Program-made: the position numbers and the translations under genes | In this document: piece after piece, positions 48,242 to 58,233 of the stretch | How the letters are laid out: each line of letters opens with the position of its first letter | How positions within the stretch are numbered: the first letter of the stretch is position 1 | Assembly: GCA_900553605.1 (NCBI GenBank) | Contig: USDX01000009.1 | Span: forward strand, 245 to 64,244 | Source: an uncultured Eggerthella sp. | Lineage (GTDB): Bacteria > Actinomycetota > Coriobacteriia > Coriobacteriales > Eggerthellaceae | Length of the DNA stretch: 64,000 bases | Direction of reading: 5' to 3' | The notes under the pieces: generated by a model | Told to the model about the DNA's origin: nothing | Seen by the model: only the letters and a program-made list of their open reading frames with translations | The model's database searches: none

Positions 48242-49186
48242 CTACAAGTTCTCACTCAAACGAGAAGCCAGGATGCCCAGCGGGCGCATCTCTTCCTTGG
48301 AGAATTCCACTGTGTCGTCGTAGATCAGGGTGCCAGCGCCGCTTGAGGTAAGCAGCTCCACCAAGATCGAATGAGGCTTGGTGCCATTGACAATGTGCGC
48401 ACGCGGCACGCCGCCTTCGATGGCTTCCACACATGACTGCAGCTTGGGAATCATTCCGCTGCTTACGCTGCCGGATTTGAGCATTTCACGCGTCTCGTTC
48501 ACCGTCATCTGGGAAATGAGCGAGCTCTTATCCGAGAAGTCTTCGTAGAAGCCGTCAACGTCCGTAAGGAAGATGATCTTATGGGCGCCGATCGCAGAAG
48601 CGATTGCACATGCCGCAGCGTCTGCGTTGATGTTGTAGGAACCGCCGTCGTCGCCCTTTCCTACCGAAGCGATAATCGGCACATAGTCAGAGGCGATGAG
48701 CGCATTGATGTAGGCGGGGTTCACTTCGGTGACCGTGCCCACACGACCCAGTTCGGGGCTACGCTGCTCGGCGATGATGGTTCCAGCGTCGGTTCCGTTT
48801 ACGCCTACAGCCAGGTTGCCATGCTCGTTCATGGCAAGAACCAGCTCTTCATTCACCTTGCCCACCAAGGTCATCTTCACAACGTCCATGGCTTCGTCGG
48901 AGGTAACGCGCTGGCCATCCTTAAACTCAACATCAATGCCGAATTTGTCCATGTTCTTGTTGATGGCAGCACCGCCACCATGAACGATAACGGGATTGAC
49001 GCCCATGATCTTCAGCATAACGATGTCGCTCATCACGGCATTGCGCAGCTCGGGGTCGACCATGGCAGCGCCGCCATATTTGATAAGGATGGTTTTGCCC
49101 GTGGCGTTCTTGATCCACGGGAACGCTTCAATAAGAACCTCAGCGGTATGAGAAGAAGTTATCTTTCGGTCTCTTGCATATTTCAT
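48242..49186 (-). CDS. argB: Acetylglutamate kinase
   Basis: IKYGG, VHGGG, NINAD and GMIPK motifs. Confidence 0.96.
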   Translation of the reverse strand: MKYARDRKITSSHTAEVLIEAFPWIKNATGKTILIKYGGAAMVDPELRNAVMSDIVMLKIMGVNPVIVHGGGAAINKNMDKFGIDVEFKDGQRVTSDEAMDVVKMTLVGKVNEELVLAMNEHGNLAVGVNGTDAGTIIAEQRSPELGRVGTVTEVNPAYINALIASDYVPIIASVGKGDDGGSYNINADAAACAIASAIGAHKIIFLTDVDGFYEDFSDKSSLISQMTVNETREMLKSGSVSSGMIPKLQSCVEAIEGGVPRAHIVNGTKPHSILVELLTSSGAGTLIYDDTVEFSKEEMRPLGILASRLSENL

Positions 49187-50439
49187 GAACGGTAGTCTCC
49201 ATTAATCGAAACGTATTCGTGGGAAAAATCGCAGGTCCATACGGTAGTTTCCGCATCGCCCGCGCCAAGGCTTGCCTCAAGCACAATCTCGTCGGCCTCG
49301 AAACGTCGCAGCGCCTCTTCCTCACTAAAGGGAACGGGGAGGCCACCGCGCAGAACAGGCATGCCCATGATGTCGATGTCGACGTTTTCCTGCGCAAACT
49401 TCGCACCGGAGCGGCCCAGGGCACCGGCAATTCGGCCCCAGTTGGCATCGTGTCCGTAGATAGCCGTTTTCACCAGCGGCGAATTCGCTACGGTGCGCGC
49501 AGCCAAATCGGCTTCCGCATCATTTGCGGCACCACGCACCGTAACGGTTACAAGCTTCGTGGCACCTTCACCGTCGCTTGCCATCTTGCGAGCAAGCTTC
49601 TGGGTTACGGCATTGAGCGCCTGGCAGAACTCGGCATACAGCACGCTATCTTCCCCTGCCAAGGGAGCAGACGCGGCAGCCGCCTTGCCGGAGGCGAACA
49701 GAACGCAGGTATCGTTGGTGGAAGTGTCGCCGTCCACAGTTACCTTATTGAAGCTCTGGTTTACAGCCGAAGAAAGCGCCTTATGCAACAACGCTGCAGG
49801 GATGGGAGCATCGGTGGTAAGCACCGAAATCATGGTGGCCATGTTCGGCATGATCATGCCCGAGCCCTTCGCCATGCCGCCAACAGTAAATGTGCAGCCG
49901 GCGTATTCAGCATCGGCAGTCTCGAAGGAAACAGCAGCCTCTTTCGAAACGGTGTCAGTGGTCATGATGGCACGAGCAGCGCTGTTGCCCGTGGTTTCGC
50001 CGAGAATGTCGTGCAGCGCAGGAACGCCGGTTTCGAAGGGGGCAATATCAAGCTGCTGACCGATGATGCCCGTCGAGGCAACCAGCACGTCTTCGGGCAT
50101 GCAGCCGACCGTCGAGGCAACGATGCCGGCAGTCTTGCGGGCGTTTTCAAGCCCAACCGACCCAGTTGCAGCATTGGCGATGCCGGAGTTGATCACCATA
50201 GCGCGAGCAAAGCCGTAACCGACCCCGTCAAGGTGTTCGCGGGAAACGGTTACCGGAGCCGCACAGAACACATTCTGGGTAAACACCCCAGCAGCAGGGC
50301 ACAGTTCGTCTGCCTCGACCAATGCCATGTCAAGGCGGTTGGGGTCATCGCGGAAACCGGCATGGATGCCACCGGCGCGAAAGCCCTTGGCGGACGAGAC
50401 GCCACCGTTTTCGATGGTGATCAGGTTCGCTTTAGTCAT
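49183..50439 (-). CDS. argJ: Ornithine acetyltransferase
   Basis: AIMTTDT, KGSGMIMPNMAT, DTSTND and DGEGATK motifs. Confidence 0.96.
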   Translation of the reverse strand: MTKANLITIENGGVSSAKGFRAGGIHAGFRDDPNRLDMALVEADELCPAAGVFTQNVFCAAPVTVSREHLDGVGYGFARAMVINSGIANAATGSVGLENARKTAGIVASTVGCMPEDVLVASTGIIGQQLDIAPFETGVPALHDILGETTGNSAARAIMTTDTVSKEAAVSFETADAEYAGCTFTVGGMAKGSGMIMPNMATMISVLTTDAPIPAALLHKALSSAVNQSFNKVTVDGDTSTNDTCVLFASGKAAAASAPLAGEDSVLYAEFCQALNAVTQKLARKMASDGEGATKLVTVTVRGAANDAEADLAARTVANSPLVKTAIYGHDANWGRIAGALGRSGAKFAQENVDIDIMGMPVLRGGLPVPFSEEEALRRFEADEIVLEASLGAGDAETTVWTCDFSHEYVSINGDYRS

Positions 50440-50450
50440 ATTTTTCACTC

Positions 50451-51506
50451 CTAAGAGGGATTGGCAACAGTATCGATCGCTGTAGCCTCGGGAAGGCCAC
50501 AGACGATATTCGCACATTGAACTGCCTGACCAGCTGCACCTTTAACGATATTGTCGATAGCGCAGGTGGCAACAACGCAGCCAAGATCAGCGTTATAGGC
50601 GACGCCTACATGCGCACGATTCGTGCCTACAACCGAAGAGGTTTTAGGCTGCTGGCCCAAAGGCAGCACGGTGACGAACGGCGAGTTTGCGTAGGCGTCG
50701 CAGTATCGTCGATGAATCGACTCAACGGTTTCGTTTCGCTGAGCCTCCTGGGTGAGCTGAATGGTTACCGTGGAAAGGAGGCCACGGGTTGCAGGGGCCA
50801 AATGAGGCGTGAACACCAGGCGACCCTCGATGCCCAGAATCTGCTCGATTTCAGGAGTATGGCGATGGCTGGCAACACCATAAGCCTCCAAGTTTTCGTT
50901 GGCAGAAACAAAATGGGTGCGTGCCGTAGCACTGCGACCAGCGCCGGAAACGCCCGAAATTGCATCAGCGACCACGATGCCTTCGGAAAGGGCAATGGCG
51001 GGAGCCGCAGCAAGAGAAGTAGCAGTTGGGTAGCAGCCTGCGCAAGCCACCAAGACAGATTCGCCGTTAGCGTGACGCTCGGCGGCGGCGTTCAGCTCTT
51101 CGCGATTCAGTTCTGGCTGGCCAAAAGCGGCAGTAGCAAGAAGATCGGGCGAGGTGTGCTGCACCTTGTACCATTTTTCGTAGGTTTCCTGGCTGCGCAA
51201 ACGATAGTCGGCAGAAAGATCAACCACCGTAACGCCCGAGTCGAGAAGACCAGGGGCGGATTTCATGGCAACCGTATGAGGCGTGGCAAGGAACACCACA
51301 TCGCAGTTGAACAGCTCGGCGTTGTCGTGACGAGAGAAAGCCAGATCGGTTACGCCAGAAAACGCTGGATACACGCTTGCGAGGGTTGCGCCTTCATCGG
51401 AGTTGGAAGTAATAACACGCAGATCGAATTCAGGGTGTCGCAGCACGATGCGCACCAGCTCTGCTCCTGCATATCCGGCTGCGCCTACGATACCGACCTT
51501 CAACAT
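50451..51506 (-). CDS. argC: N-acetyl-gamma-glutamyl-phosphate reductase
   Basis: GAAGYAG, GCYPT, HRHTPEI and DNIVKGAAGQA motifs. Confidence 0.96.
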   Translation of the reverse strand: MLKVGIVGAAGYAGAELVRIVLRHPEFDLRVITSNSDEGATLASVYPAFSGVTDLAFSRHDNAELFNCDVVFLATPHTVAMKSAPGLLDSGVTVVDLSADYRLRSQETYEKWYKVQHTSPDLLATAAFGQPELNREELNAAAERHANGESVLVACAGCYPTATSLAAAPAIALSEGIVVADAISGVSGAGRSATARTHFVSANENLEAYGVASHRHTPEIEQILGIEGRLVFTPHLAPATRGLLSTVTIQLTQEAQRNETVESIHRRYCDAYANSPFVTVLPLGQQPKTSSVVGTNRAHVGVAYNADLGCVVATCAIDNIVKGAAGQAVQCANIVCGLPEATAIDTVANPS

Positions 51507-51929
51507 TTCGCTGAGCCTTCTTTCGATCTAATCGCCCAACGCGGATGCCCGCGCGAGTTCTTTTAATGAAACACCCTGTACTACAGGTTTCTTTAGGGTA
51601 CTCCAATTCTGCCAGCTAGGTAACCCTCTCCACAAAAGTATGGAACGGAACTGCGGATGATGATGGTGAGCTGGCATCGAGCAGCAGTGAGGAAGGTGCG
51701 AGGAGTGGGGCATGCAATAGCGAGTCTCGTCGATCAACAGGGCGACCAAACCTACCCCCAAGCGCCGCCCTGAATCCCCCGTGACGCCCATCAGGCCCGC
51801 CACATGGCGCCGCTTTCTTTCCCGTACGGCAATCGATGCCGCGTGCGCCGCTCCCGCGCTGCCCCAAGCTCGTTCCCACGCCGCCCCGAGCCCGCTCCGG
51901 AAACCCAAAAACAAAATTGCGGCCCAAAT

Positions 51930-52070
51930 TGCAACTTTTTTGCGATTAGGGATTGTTGCGTGGCCCCCGATCACGGACTGGGACCCAAAAATGCAGGAAA
52001 TTAGCCGCAAAAAGGAGCTATTCCCGCTTTGCGGGGATGGGAAAGAGTCCGTAATCGCAAAAAAGTTGCA
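51930..52070. repeat. Perfect 19-bp inverted repeat
   Basis: TGCAACTTTTTTGCGATTA (51930-51948) and TAATCGCAAAAAAGTTGCA (52052-52070). Confidence 0.8.
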
Positions 52071-52222
52071 GAGAAGCCGGGATTTTTGTTTTCGCATTAG
52101 GAGAATCACCGCAACGAGGCGGATCCTGCGAACGGAGACAACCGCGCAAAAAGCAGCAATCACTCAGTTAAAGCGCTGCGTTTTGAGCAATGAACAATCC
52201 ACCCGAGCCAAAAGCCAATCTA

Positions 52223-54112
52223 TTAATCAGTCTCATGCGCAAGCGACTCATCAGCCGGCCAGGCTGGCGCCACAACATTCGGAGACCCCTCGTTGAAATA
52301 CCCATTCCCAGATCTACGCCATCCCGATTTAACCGATGAAATATCCCACTTAGAGCAATCGAGGGAAAGAGAGGGACATTTGCAGAACATCCCTTCGAAC
52401 ATTTTACCTTTAGACACATTCCATGATTCTGCACCTCTAATTGATTTAAGACGGGTGCAATCTGAAAACATATCGCTGAACTGTCTGGCGGCACTTGTGT
52501 CAAACGAGCTCAGATCCAATTGCTCAAGGGACGAACAGTCATCGAACATTTCCTCAAAATCCTCAACTGCACCGGTGTCAAACGATCCTAGATCCACTTT
52601 CGCAAGCGTCGAACATCCCTTGAACATCCAGCTCATATCCTTCACGTTATTTGTGCTGAAATTCCTCAGGTCAAGGTTTTTTAACTTTCTGCACTCGTAG
52701 AACATGCCATTCATATCCGTAGCGGACTCAGTGTTGAAGCTAGAAACATCAATGCTAGTTAAGCCCGAGCATTTCTCAAACATCCAATCGAACTCATATG
52801 CCCCTCTTGTATCGAAAGAGCTCAGATCAAGAGAATCCAAGCTATCGCAATCCTTGAACATCCGCGAAAATGAGACGGCTTGACGCGTATCGAAAGAACT
52901 TAGATCCAACTGCTTGACGCTTGAACAGTTAAAAAACATGTATGAAAAATCGGTAACCTTACTCGTGTTAAGATTTTTTAAATCGATCGTGTCGCATTTC
53001 ACTAGATGGGTGAACCACCCTCTCAGGCTTATTGGCTCAATCTCTTCCTTAAACGAAACACTACCAATATCTTCGGCATGGTCCTTCACCCAGGCGGGGT
53101 TATCGTCGCTGTTCTCCGAACCGCCCCACTTGCAGACTAGCTCCTCCACTCCCTCGTAAACGGAAGTGCAATTCTTTCCCTTGAACGTAGAACCGCTGTT
53201 TGGAACGAATTTCTCCTTGTAGAACGTCAAGGAATTGTCACTGTCGGAATAGACGGCAAACGCCTTTTCCGGGATAGAAACGTAGAATGCAACACCTGCT
53301 ATAGCGACAATCAGACATGCCACAACGGTTGGTACGAGGATCTTCTTCTTATGCTTCCTGAAAAAGATCTTCACTTTTGCCGTAGCCCTATCTAGTTTCT
53401 CCTGCTGAAGCCGCTTTCTCTCTTCCCGCCTCTCTTCCTCGAGCTTCTTTTTCCCCTCTTCCTCAGCCTTTCGATCTTGCACGGCAGCAACCAGCTGATC
53501 TTTGTCACGCAGCCCCTTTTCAATCTCTGGGTCAATCCCGCAGAATCGACACTTTGCGTACCCAACATTTATCGCACCGCATGCGCAACGCCACCATGAA
53601 CCATGCGATTCGCAGCAGTGGTTTTCTGCAGTCGGGAAAACCGCACAACCCGACATCTTCAATTGATAAATGCGCTCCTTTTTTGCCTCAGGATCAAGAA
53701 GAAGTACCTCACGTGGAGGCAAGTGGGTGATTTCTCCCTCGCTTTCCCAATTGCCCAAGGTCGTTTTCAGAGCGCATATTGAAAGGCGAACATTTTTAAC
53801 ATCGCCCCGAGATAGCTTAAGAGGTCTTATTTCTGCATATCCACCAGCAGCAATATCCGCATCAAGCGTTTCGACGGGCTTTTGCTCCTCTGTTCCGTCT
53901 TCATAACAACAGGTGAAGAGAGCTTTATACGAAAGAACCTCCCTATCACTAATGTTCTTCAGCTTTGCCTGGAAATACGCCTCGCCAGTCTCTACGTTGC
54001 GCGCTACTTGCATTTTCTCAACTGCAAGCGGGCAGCCCTCAGCCCAGGGAATAGAAAGCTCTTCTGCATCCCAGTCCTGGGTGAGCTTGTAAATTACCTT
54101 AAATTCAGCCAT
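52223..54112 (-). CDS. Membrane protein with zinc ribbon, coiled coil and BspA/DUF285 leucine-rich repeats
   Basis: WRCACG..CRFCG, one TM, and repeated MFxxCxxLxxLDLSSFDT. Confidence 0.88.
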   Translation of the reverse strand: MAEFKVIYKLTQDWDAEELSIPWAEGCPLAVEKMQVARNVETGEAYFQAKLKNISDREVLSYKALFTCCYEDGTEEQKPVETLDADIAAGGYAEIRPLKLSRGDVKNVRLSICALKTTLGNWESEGEITHLPPREVLLLDPEAKKERIYQLKMSGCAVFPTAENHCCESHGSWWRCACGAINVGYAKCRFCGIDPEIEKGLRDKDQLVAAVQDRKAEEEGKKKLEEERREERKRLQQEKLDRATAKVKIFFRKHKKKILVPTVVACLIVAIAGVAFYVSIPEKAFAVYSDSDNSLTFYKEKFVPNSGSTFKGKNCTSVYEGVEELVCKWGGSENSDDNPAWVKDHAEDIGSVSFKEEIEPISLRGWFTHLVKCDTIDLKNLNTSKVTDFSYMFFNCSSVKQLDLSSFDTRQAVSFSRMFKDCDSLDSLDLSSFDTRGAYEFDWMFEKCSGLTSIDVSSFNTESATDMNGMFYECRKLKNLDLRNFSTNNVKDMSWMFKGCSTLAKVDLGSFDTGAVEDFEEMFDDCSSLEQLDLSSFDTSAARQFSDMFSDCTRLKSIRGAESWNVSKGKMFEGMFCKCPSLSLDCSKWDISSVKSGWRRSGNGYFNEGSPNVVAPAWPADESLAHETD

Positions 54113-54127
54113 GAAATATCACATCGA

Positions 54128-54388
54128 TTAAAGAGAGGGAAGCTCTTTGCTTATATCGGCAGAAGAAGCTTTAGAGCTTTTATTGGACAGCGCCATTACG
54201 TAAATCCCAAGAACAACCGGGGAAGCAAAGATGCCAATAAACCAAAGGACGTTCGCATCATCCCGGTAATGCCCCTTTTCTTTTGCCAAGTCCACGAAGA
54301 GGCTTATCGCAACAAGACCCGCAGCGATCATCGCAACTAGAACTAGAAAGAAAACCACTTCAACCAAACCAAATGATGCCGTTTTCAC
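54128..54388 (-). CDS. Small membrane protein
   Basis: AAGGAG RBS; two TMs around AKEKGH; ends ELPSL. Confidence 0.7.
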   Translation of the reverse strand: MKTASFGLVEVVFFLVLVAMIAAGLVAISLFVDLAKEKGHYRDDANVLWFIGIFASPVVLGIYVMALSNKSSKASSADISKELPSL

Positions 54389-54499
54389 TTTGCTCTCCTT
54401 AATCTCACCAGGTCACGAACTCAATTCACGCCTGCATCATTTCCCGAACAGCTTTATGCGCGAACAACTCACCGTTCGCTTAAATGCGCTCCGTTGAGC

Positions 54500-55204
54500 C
54501 TAGGCGCTCGGAACCTTAACCCGTAGCTTGAGCCGACTCGACGAGAGGTCGATGCTGTACTTAACTCCGTTATGAACTGAGGAATCGTTATCAACAGTCT
54601 CAACCAACAGATCCTTTACCGCCTCTTCGTCGAGGGACGGATCGCATGCCATCATCACCGCTTCCGCCATTTGCACGAAATCGACATATGAATCGACCGA
54701 TGTTTCTGTTATGCAGAGGCTCACATCAGACAAATCCACGGAGCCAACACGCTTATCGTCGATAAAGACATCGTAGGTTTCCGCCGTCTTTGAGCTGCTC
54801 TTCTCAAGCTGCACCTGCCCGCTGCCGAGGTCATTGGCTTTTTTCTCGATCTGCTGGGCAGTTGGAACATGAACACCATCTGGCTCTGCAAACATCGAAA
54901 GTGCCCCAAGCAACGCAATCACGCACACAGCAACAAGAACAGCAACAAGAATGATCCTGTTTCGCTTTTTCTTCGAATCGGCTTGCGGCGCCTCTCCAAC
55001 CAAGGCAGTCTCCGACACCGACCCGCCCACCACAGCAGATGGAGCCTCATCGGACCTCGCAGAAGGAGAGTTGTCGCTTCGCGTGCATGACGGTCCATCA
55101 TCTGAAGCTATCCCCAGAATATCCGCCTTCTTCTTGTCATATTCCTCTTGAGTGATGGCGCCCATATCAAGAAGCTCTTTAAGAGCCCGAATCTCCTCAA
55201 CCAT
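54500..55204 (-). CDS. SHOCT-domain membrane protein
   Basis: LKELLDMGAITQEEYDKKKADIL; one TM; ATG at 55204. Confidence 0.8.
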   Translation of the reverse strand: MVEEIRALKELLDMGAITQEEYDKKKADILGIASDDGPSCTRSDNSPSARSDEAPSAVVGGSVSETALVGEAPQADSKKKRNRIILVAVLVAVCVIALLGALSMFAEPDGVHVPTAQQIEKKANDLGSGQVQLEKSSSKTAETYDVFIDDKRVGSVDLSDVSLCITETSVDSYVDFVQMAEAVMMACDPSLDEEAVKDLLVETVDNDSSVHNGVKYSIDLSSSRLKLRVKVPSA

Positions 55205-55556
55205 TCTCGCCCTTTCCGCGAGTAACAACAATTTGCCCACAGCTGCGACGGCGCCCAACACATGAGCGTTCCGAAATAGGGCATAGCGATGCCCTGAAAA
55301 TAGGAATGACGAGATAAGGGAGATTGCCCGGTCTTCGCTTATTAGATTGTGCGCCGCTCGCAGTTGCGAGCTGCAGTTGTGGTATCACGAATCGTAGCAC
55401 AAGCAGGCAAAGCAGCAGATGAATATTGCATTTCCCTGCGTCAAAGCAATCTATTTCTGCCGAATGGCAGCGCAATTCAAATAGTTAGCGCAAATAGAGT
55501 TCTTGACGCCAAGAACGACAACAAGGAGCCAATTGGGCGAAAAGAGTAGACGGTTA

Positions 55557-55707
55557 AGGAGAGCATCCGCCACAGTCACCACAACTGCAAGGTATTGGCG
55601 CATACAAGCAAAACCGACCTAGAAGAAGGCGGATGCCCTCCTAGCCATCGGTTTTGCATAGATATGTTCGCTCAATCCTTTATCGGGTAAAAGCAGTTGT
55701 GGTGGTT
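55557..55707 (-). ncRNA. Candidate pseudoknotted structured RNA
   Basis: TATAAT at 55716-55711; 12-bp closing stem, 10-bp inner stem, 7-bp apical stem, and a loop complementary to the 3' tail. Confidence 0.6.
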
Positions 55708-55883
55708 CGGATTATAACGTGAAATCTGTTTGCATGTCGGAACGCTCTGGCTTTCGTCTACCAAACCGTCAAATACCGCAAAGTGCCTTCGGATGAATGA
55801 TTTGATGGAGATATTAGAAGTTTCCCATTGATCTGCGCAAACGCACAATTGCGCAACAGATCAGTCCATGGTAACTTGCTATT

Positions 55884-55937
55884 GGAGGCTTTAAGCTTCT
55901 ACCGAGTCGCCGGGAGTTACCTCCCGGCATTTCTTTT
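55884..55937 (+). ncRNA. Candidate small RNA ending in a terminator, upstream of the DUF3800 gene
   Basis: Promoter TTGCGC-17-TAACTT (55849-55877, extended TG); two hairpins; T-rich tail. Confidence 0.5.
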
Positions 55938-55951
55938 ATCTGGGGGTTCGA

Positions 55952-56626
55952 TTGGATGAACTAAGTGTCTTCATCGATGAATCTGGTGGTCAGAACGGCA
56001 TATCGAAATATGTCCTTATAACGCTTGTTTTCCACGACCAGTCAGCCCCCATTGCATCATTGATCAGCGAATACGAGAGCTCGCTTGCCCTGAAAGGGCT
56101 ACCTGACATACCTTTCCACGCTTCTCCCCTGATGTACGGAAAAGGCGCTTACAGTAACCTCGACCACGAAACCCGCCATCGCTTGTTCTCGTCTTTTTTC
56201 GTACTTGTTCGTAAGCTTCCCATTTCGTATAAGACGTTCTCTTACCGTCGAAGCGAACTTTCCGACGCAAACCTTTTCACAGCTCGATTAAAAAGAGATC
56301 TTGCTGTTTTTCTCATCGACAATTTAGGGGAATTCCAGAAATACGATTCCGTAAAAATCTACTACGACAATGGCCAGCATATGATTACCGAAGCGCTGCA
56401 TAGGGCAATTGAATTCGCCCTTTCAAGGCAAGCAGTTCTATACCGAAACGCCTCGCCTCTCGATTATCGTCTTGCGCAAGTTGCCGACTTTCTATGCACA
56501 TTAGAACTTGCCGCAATTAAATACGGCAACCACGAGGAAACATCGAGCGATAAGAAGATCTTTGGCACCATGAGAATGTTTAAGCGGAACTATTTAAGGC
56601 TCATTCGTCGAAAAGCACTTCGATAG
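55952..56626 (+). CDS. DUF3800 family protein
   Basis: VFIDESG N-terminus, FH, YYD and QVADF motifs. Confidence 0.82.
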   Translation: MDELSVFIDESGGQNGISKYVLITLVFHDQSAPIASLISEYESSLALKGLPDIPFHASPLMYGKGAYSNLDHETRHRLFSSFFVLVRKLPISYKTFSYRRSELSDANLFTARLKRDLAVFLIDNLGEFQKYDSVKIYYDNGQHMITEALHRAIEFALSRQAVLYRNASPLDYRLAQVADFLCTLELAAIKYGNHEETSSDKKIFGTMRMFKRNYLRLIRRKALR

Positions 56627-56652
56627 ATGTCACGGCACTTCTACGCTTGTCG

Positions 56653-56691
56653 AAAAAAAAAGCGGGACCCGCTCTAGCGAGTCCCGCTTTT
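56653..56691. terminator. Bidirectional terminator
   Basis: A-tract, GCGGGAC..GTCCCGC, then TTTT, between convergent genes. Confidence 0.8.
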
Positions 56692-56700
56692 CAGCTACCG

Positions 56701-57636
56701 CTACTTATTCACGTACTCACGAATGTAGCGCTCAATGCCCGTCACGCAGGCAGCAAGCGTTTCATTCACAGGCGTGGGCACGCCGTACTTGGCGCCCTGC
56801 GCCACAACGGCACCGTTGATAACGCCCACTTCCGTAGGACGATGCTTTTCAAGGCTCTGAAGAATAGACGGCTTGAAGCTCTTCGGCAATCCGGCACGCG
56901 CCAGTTCAAGCACGTCCATGGGATTGGAATAAGTCAACTTCACGCCAGCCGCCTTGGCCACGTCCATACCTTCCTGAACAGCAGCGCAAGCGCAAGCCAC
57001 CAGCTTTTCTTCTGCGTACATATCGCCATAGGGCAAATGTGTGATGCCGCACACCGCGCCCGTGGCAACATTGACCAGAAGCTTGTCCCAGATAACACCC
57101 ATGATGTTGTCGGAAACGATGCAGTGCATGCCCGCCCCATCGAACGCAGCGCCTATGACGCGAGTGCGCTCGGTTACGCTGCCATCAAGCTCACCGATAA
57201 AGGTGTCTTTGCCAGGAATGGTGGCCTGAACGCGGCCCGGCTCCAACAGCATTCCGCCGATATAGGTTTTGCCGCCGATAACATGCTCGGCACCGACGCA
57301 ATCACACAACACGTCTTCTGCGCCAAGGCCGTTCTGCAGCGATATCACCGTGGTGTTGGGGCCAACAAGCTCGCGGCCCTCTTCCATGGTCTTGGCGGTG
57401 TCGAACGCCTTGCACAAAACGATGACCAGGTCGCACTCACCAATGCCATCTGGCGTGGTATGACCCGAAAGCCTCACGGTTTCCTCTCCTGTAGGCGTTA
57501 CCATGACCAGGCCTTTTTCTTTGATAGCATTCATGTGCGGAGCGCGTCCCACGAAATGAACCTCATTGCCGGCTTTCGCCAGCGCACCACCGATGGTGCT
57601 TCCCAGCGAGCCAGCCCCTAAAATGCAAACCTTCAT
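56701..57636 (-). CDS. panE: Ketopantoate reductase family protein
   Basis: GAGSLG, LQNGLG, WDKLLVN and PSILQ..TEV..INGAV motifs. Confidence 0.85.
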   Translation of the reverse strand: MKVCILGAGSLGSTIGGALAKAGNEVHFVGRAPHMNAIKEKGLVMVTPTGEETVRLSGHTTPDGIGECDLVIVLCKAFDTAKTMEEGRELVGPNTTVISLQNGLGAEDVLCDCVGAEHVIGGKTYIGGMLLEPGRVQATIPGKDTFIGELDGSVTERTRVIGAAFDGAGMHCIVSDNIMGVIWDKLLVNVATGAVCGITHLPYGDMYAEEKLVACACAAVQEGMDVAKAAGVKLTYSNPMDVLELARAGLPKSFKPSILQSLEKHRPTEVGVINGAVVAQGAKYGVPTPVNETLAACVTGIERYIREYVNK

Positions 57637-57884
57637 TGCTTCCCCCTAGTTAAACAAATTCAATATCCCTCAACAGGCGCAGCAAAACGCTGTGCCAAGG
57701 CGATGCAGCGTAACCGTAGACGGCGGCACCTTGCCGGCTGATGCGAGCAGAGAAACGCCCCCTCTAAGCGTTAAGGCGAGTGCGGCCTCCGCCCGCCATG
57801 TACCGACTCTCCTACTTTCGCTCGTTGAGCTCGACAGCCAGCAAGGTCGCCGTAGACGGCGGCACCTCCCCCCACCAGCTGCAA

Positions 57885-58232
57885 CTACTGTCGCTCGTTG
57901 ACCTCGATGGTTAAACCGAACGGCGCAACAAACCAATTGCGAGGCTTACCTTCAGCCTCCTTCACACCGGGCTGGGCGTACACCGTTTGAAGAAGAGCAT
58001 CCACATCGTTGGCAACCAGGCCAATGTGGGAGACATCGCCCGAATAGGCACCACTGCCCGCTTCGTCTCGCTGAAGCTGAATGCCGCCAACCCATGCCTG
58101 ATTCAAAGGCGACTCGCCCGACGCTGGGTCGGTCAAAGTGATTTCCATACCCATCACATCGGTGAAAAACGCTAGCGCCGTCTCGAAGTCGCGAACCTTT
58201 ACCGCTACATGTTCAACACACGGAGCCGCCAT
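57885..58232 (-). CDS. VOC/glyoxalase family protein
   Basis: EHVAVKVRD..FFTDVMG, SHIGL and GLTIEV motifs. Confidence 0.85.
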   Translation of the reverse strand: MAAPCVEHVAVKVRDFETALAFFTDVMGMEITLTDPASGESPLNQAWVGGIQLQRDEAGSGAYSGDVSHIGLVANDVDALLQTVYAQPGVKEAEGKPRNWFVAPFGLTIEVNERQ

Positions 58233-58233
58233 G

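Noticed and set aside
51620..51715. His-rich peptide MPHSSHLPHCCSMPAHHHH upstream of argC as an attenuator leader
   Set aside because: His-rich rather than Arg-rich, no RBS or early stop, and no terminator/antiterminator pair seen.
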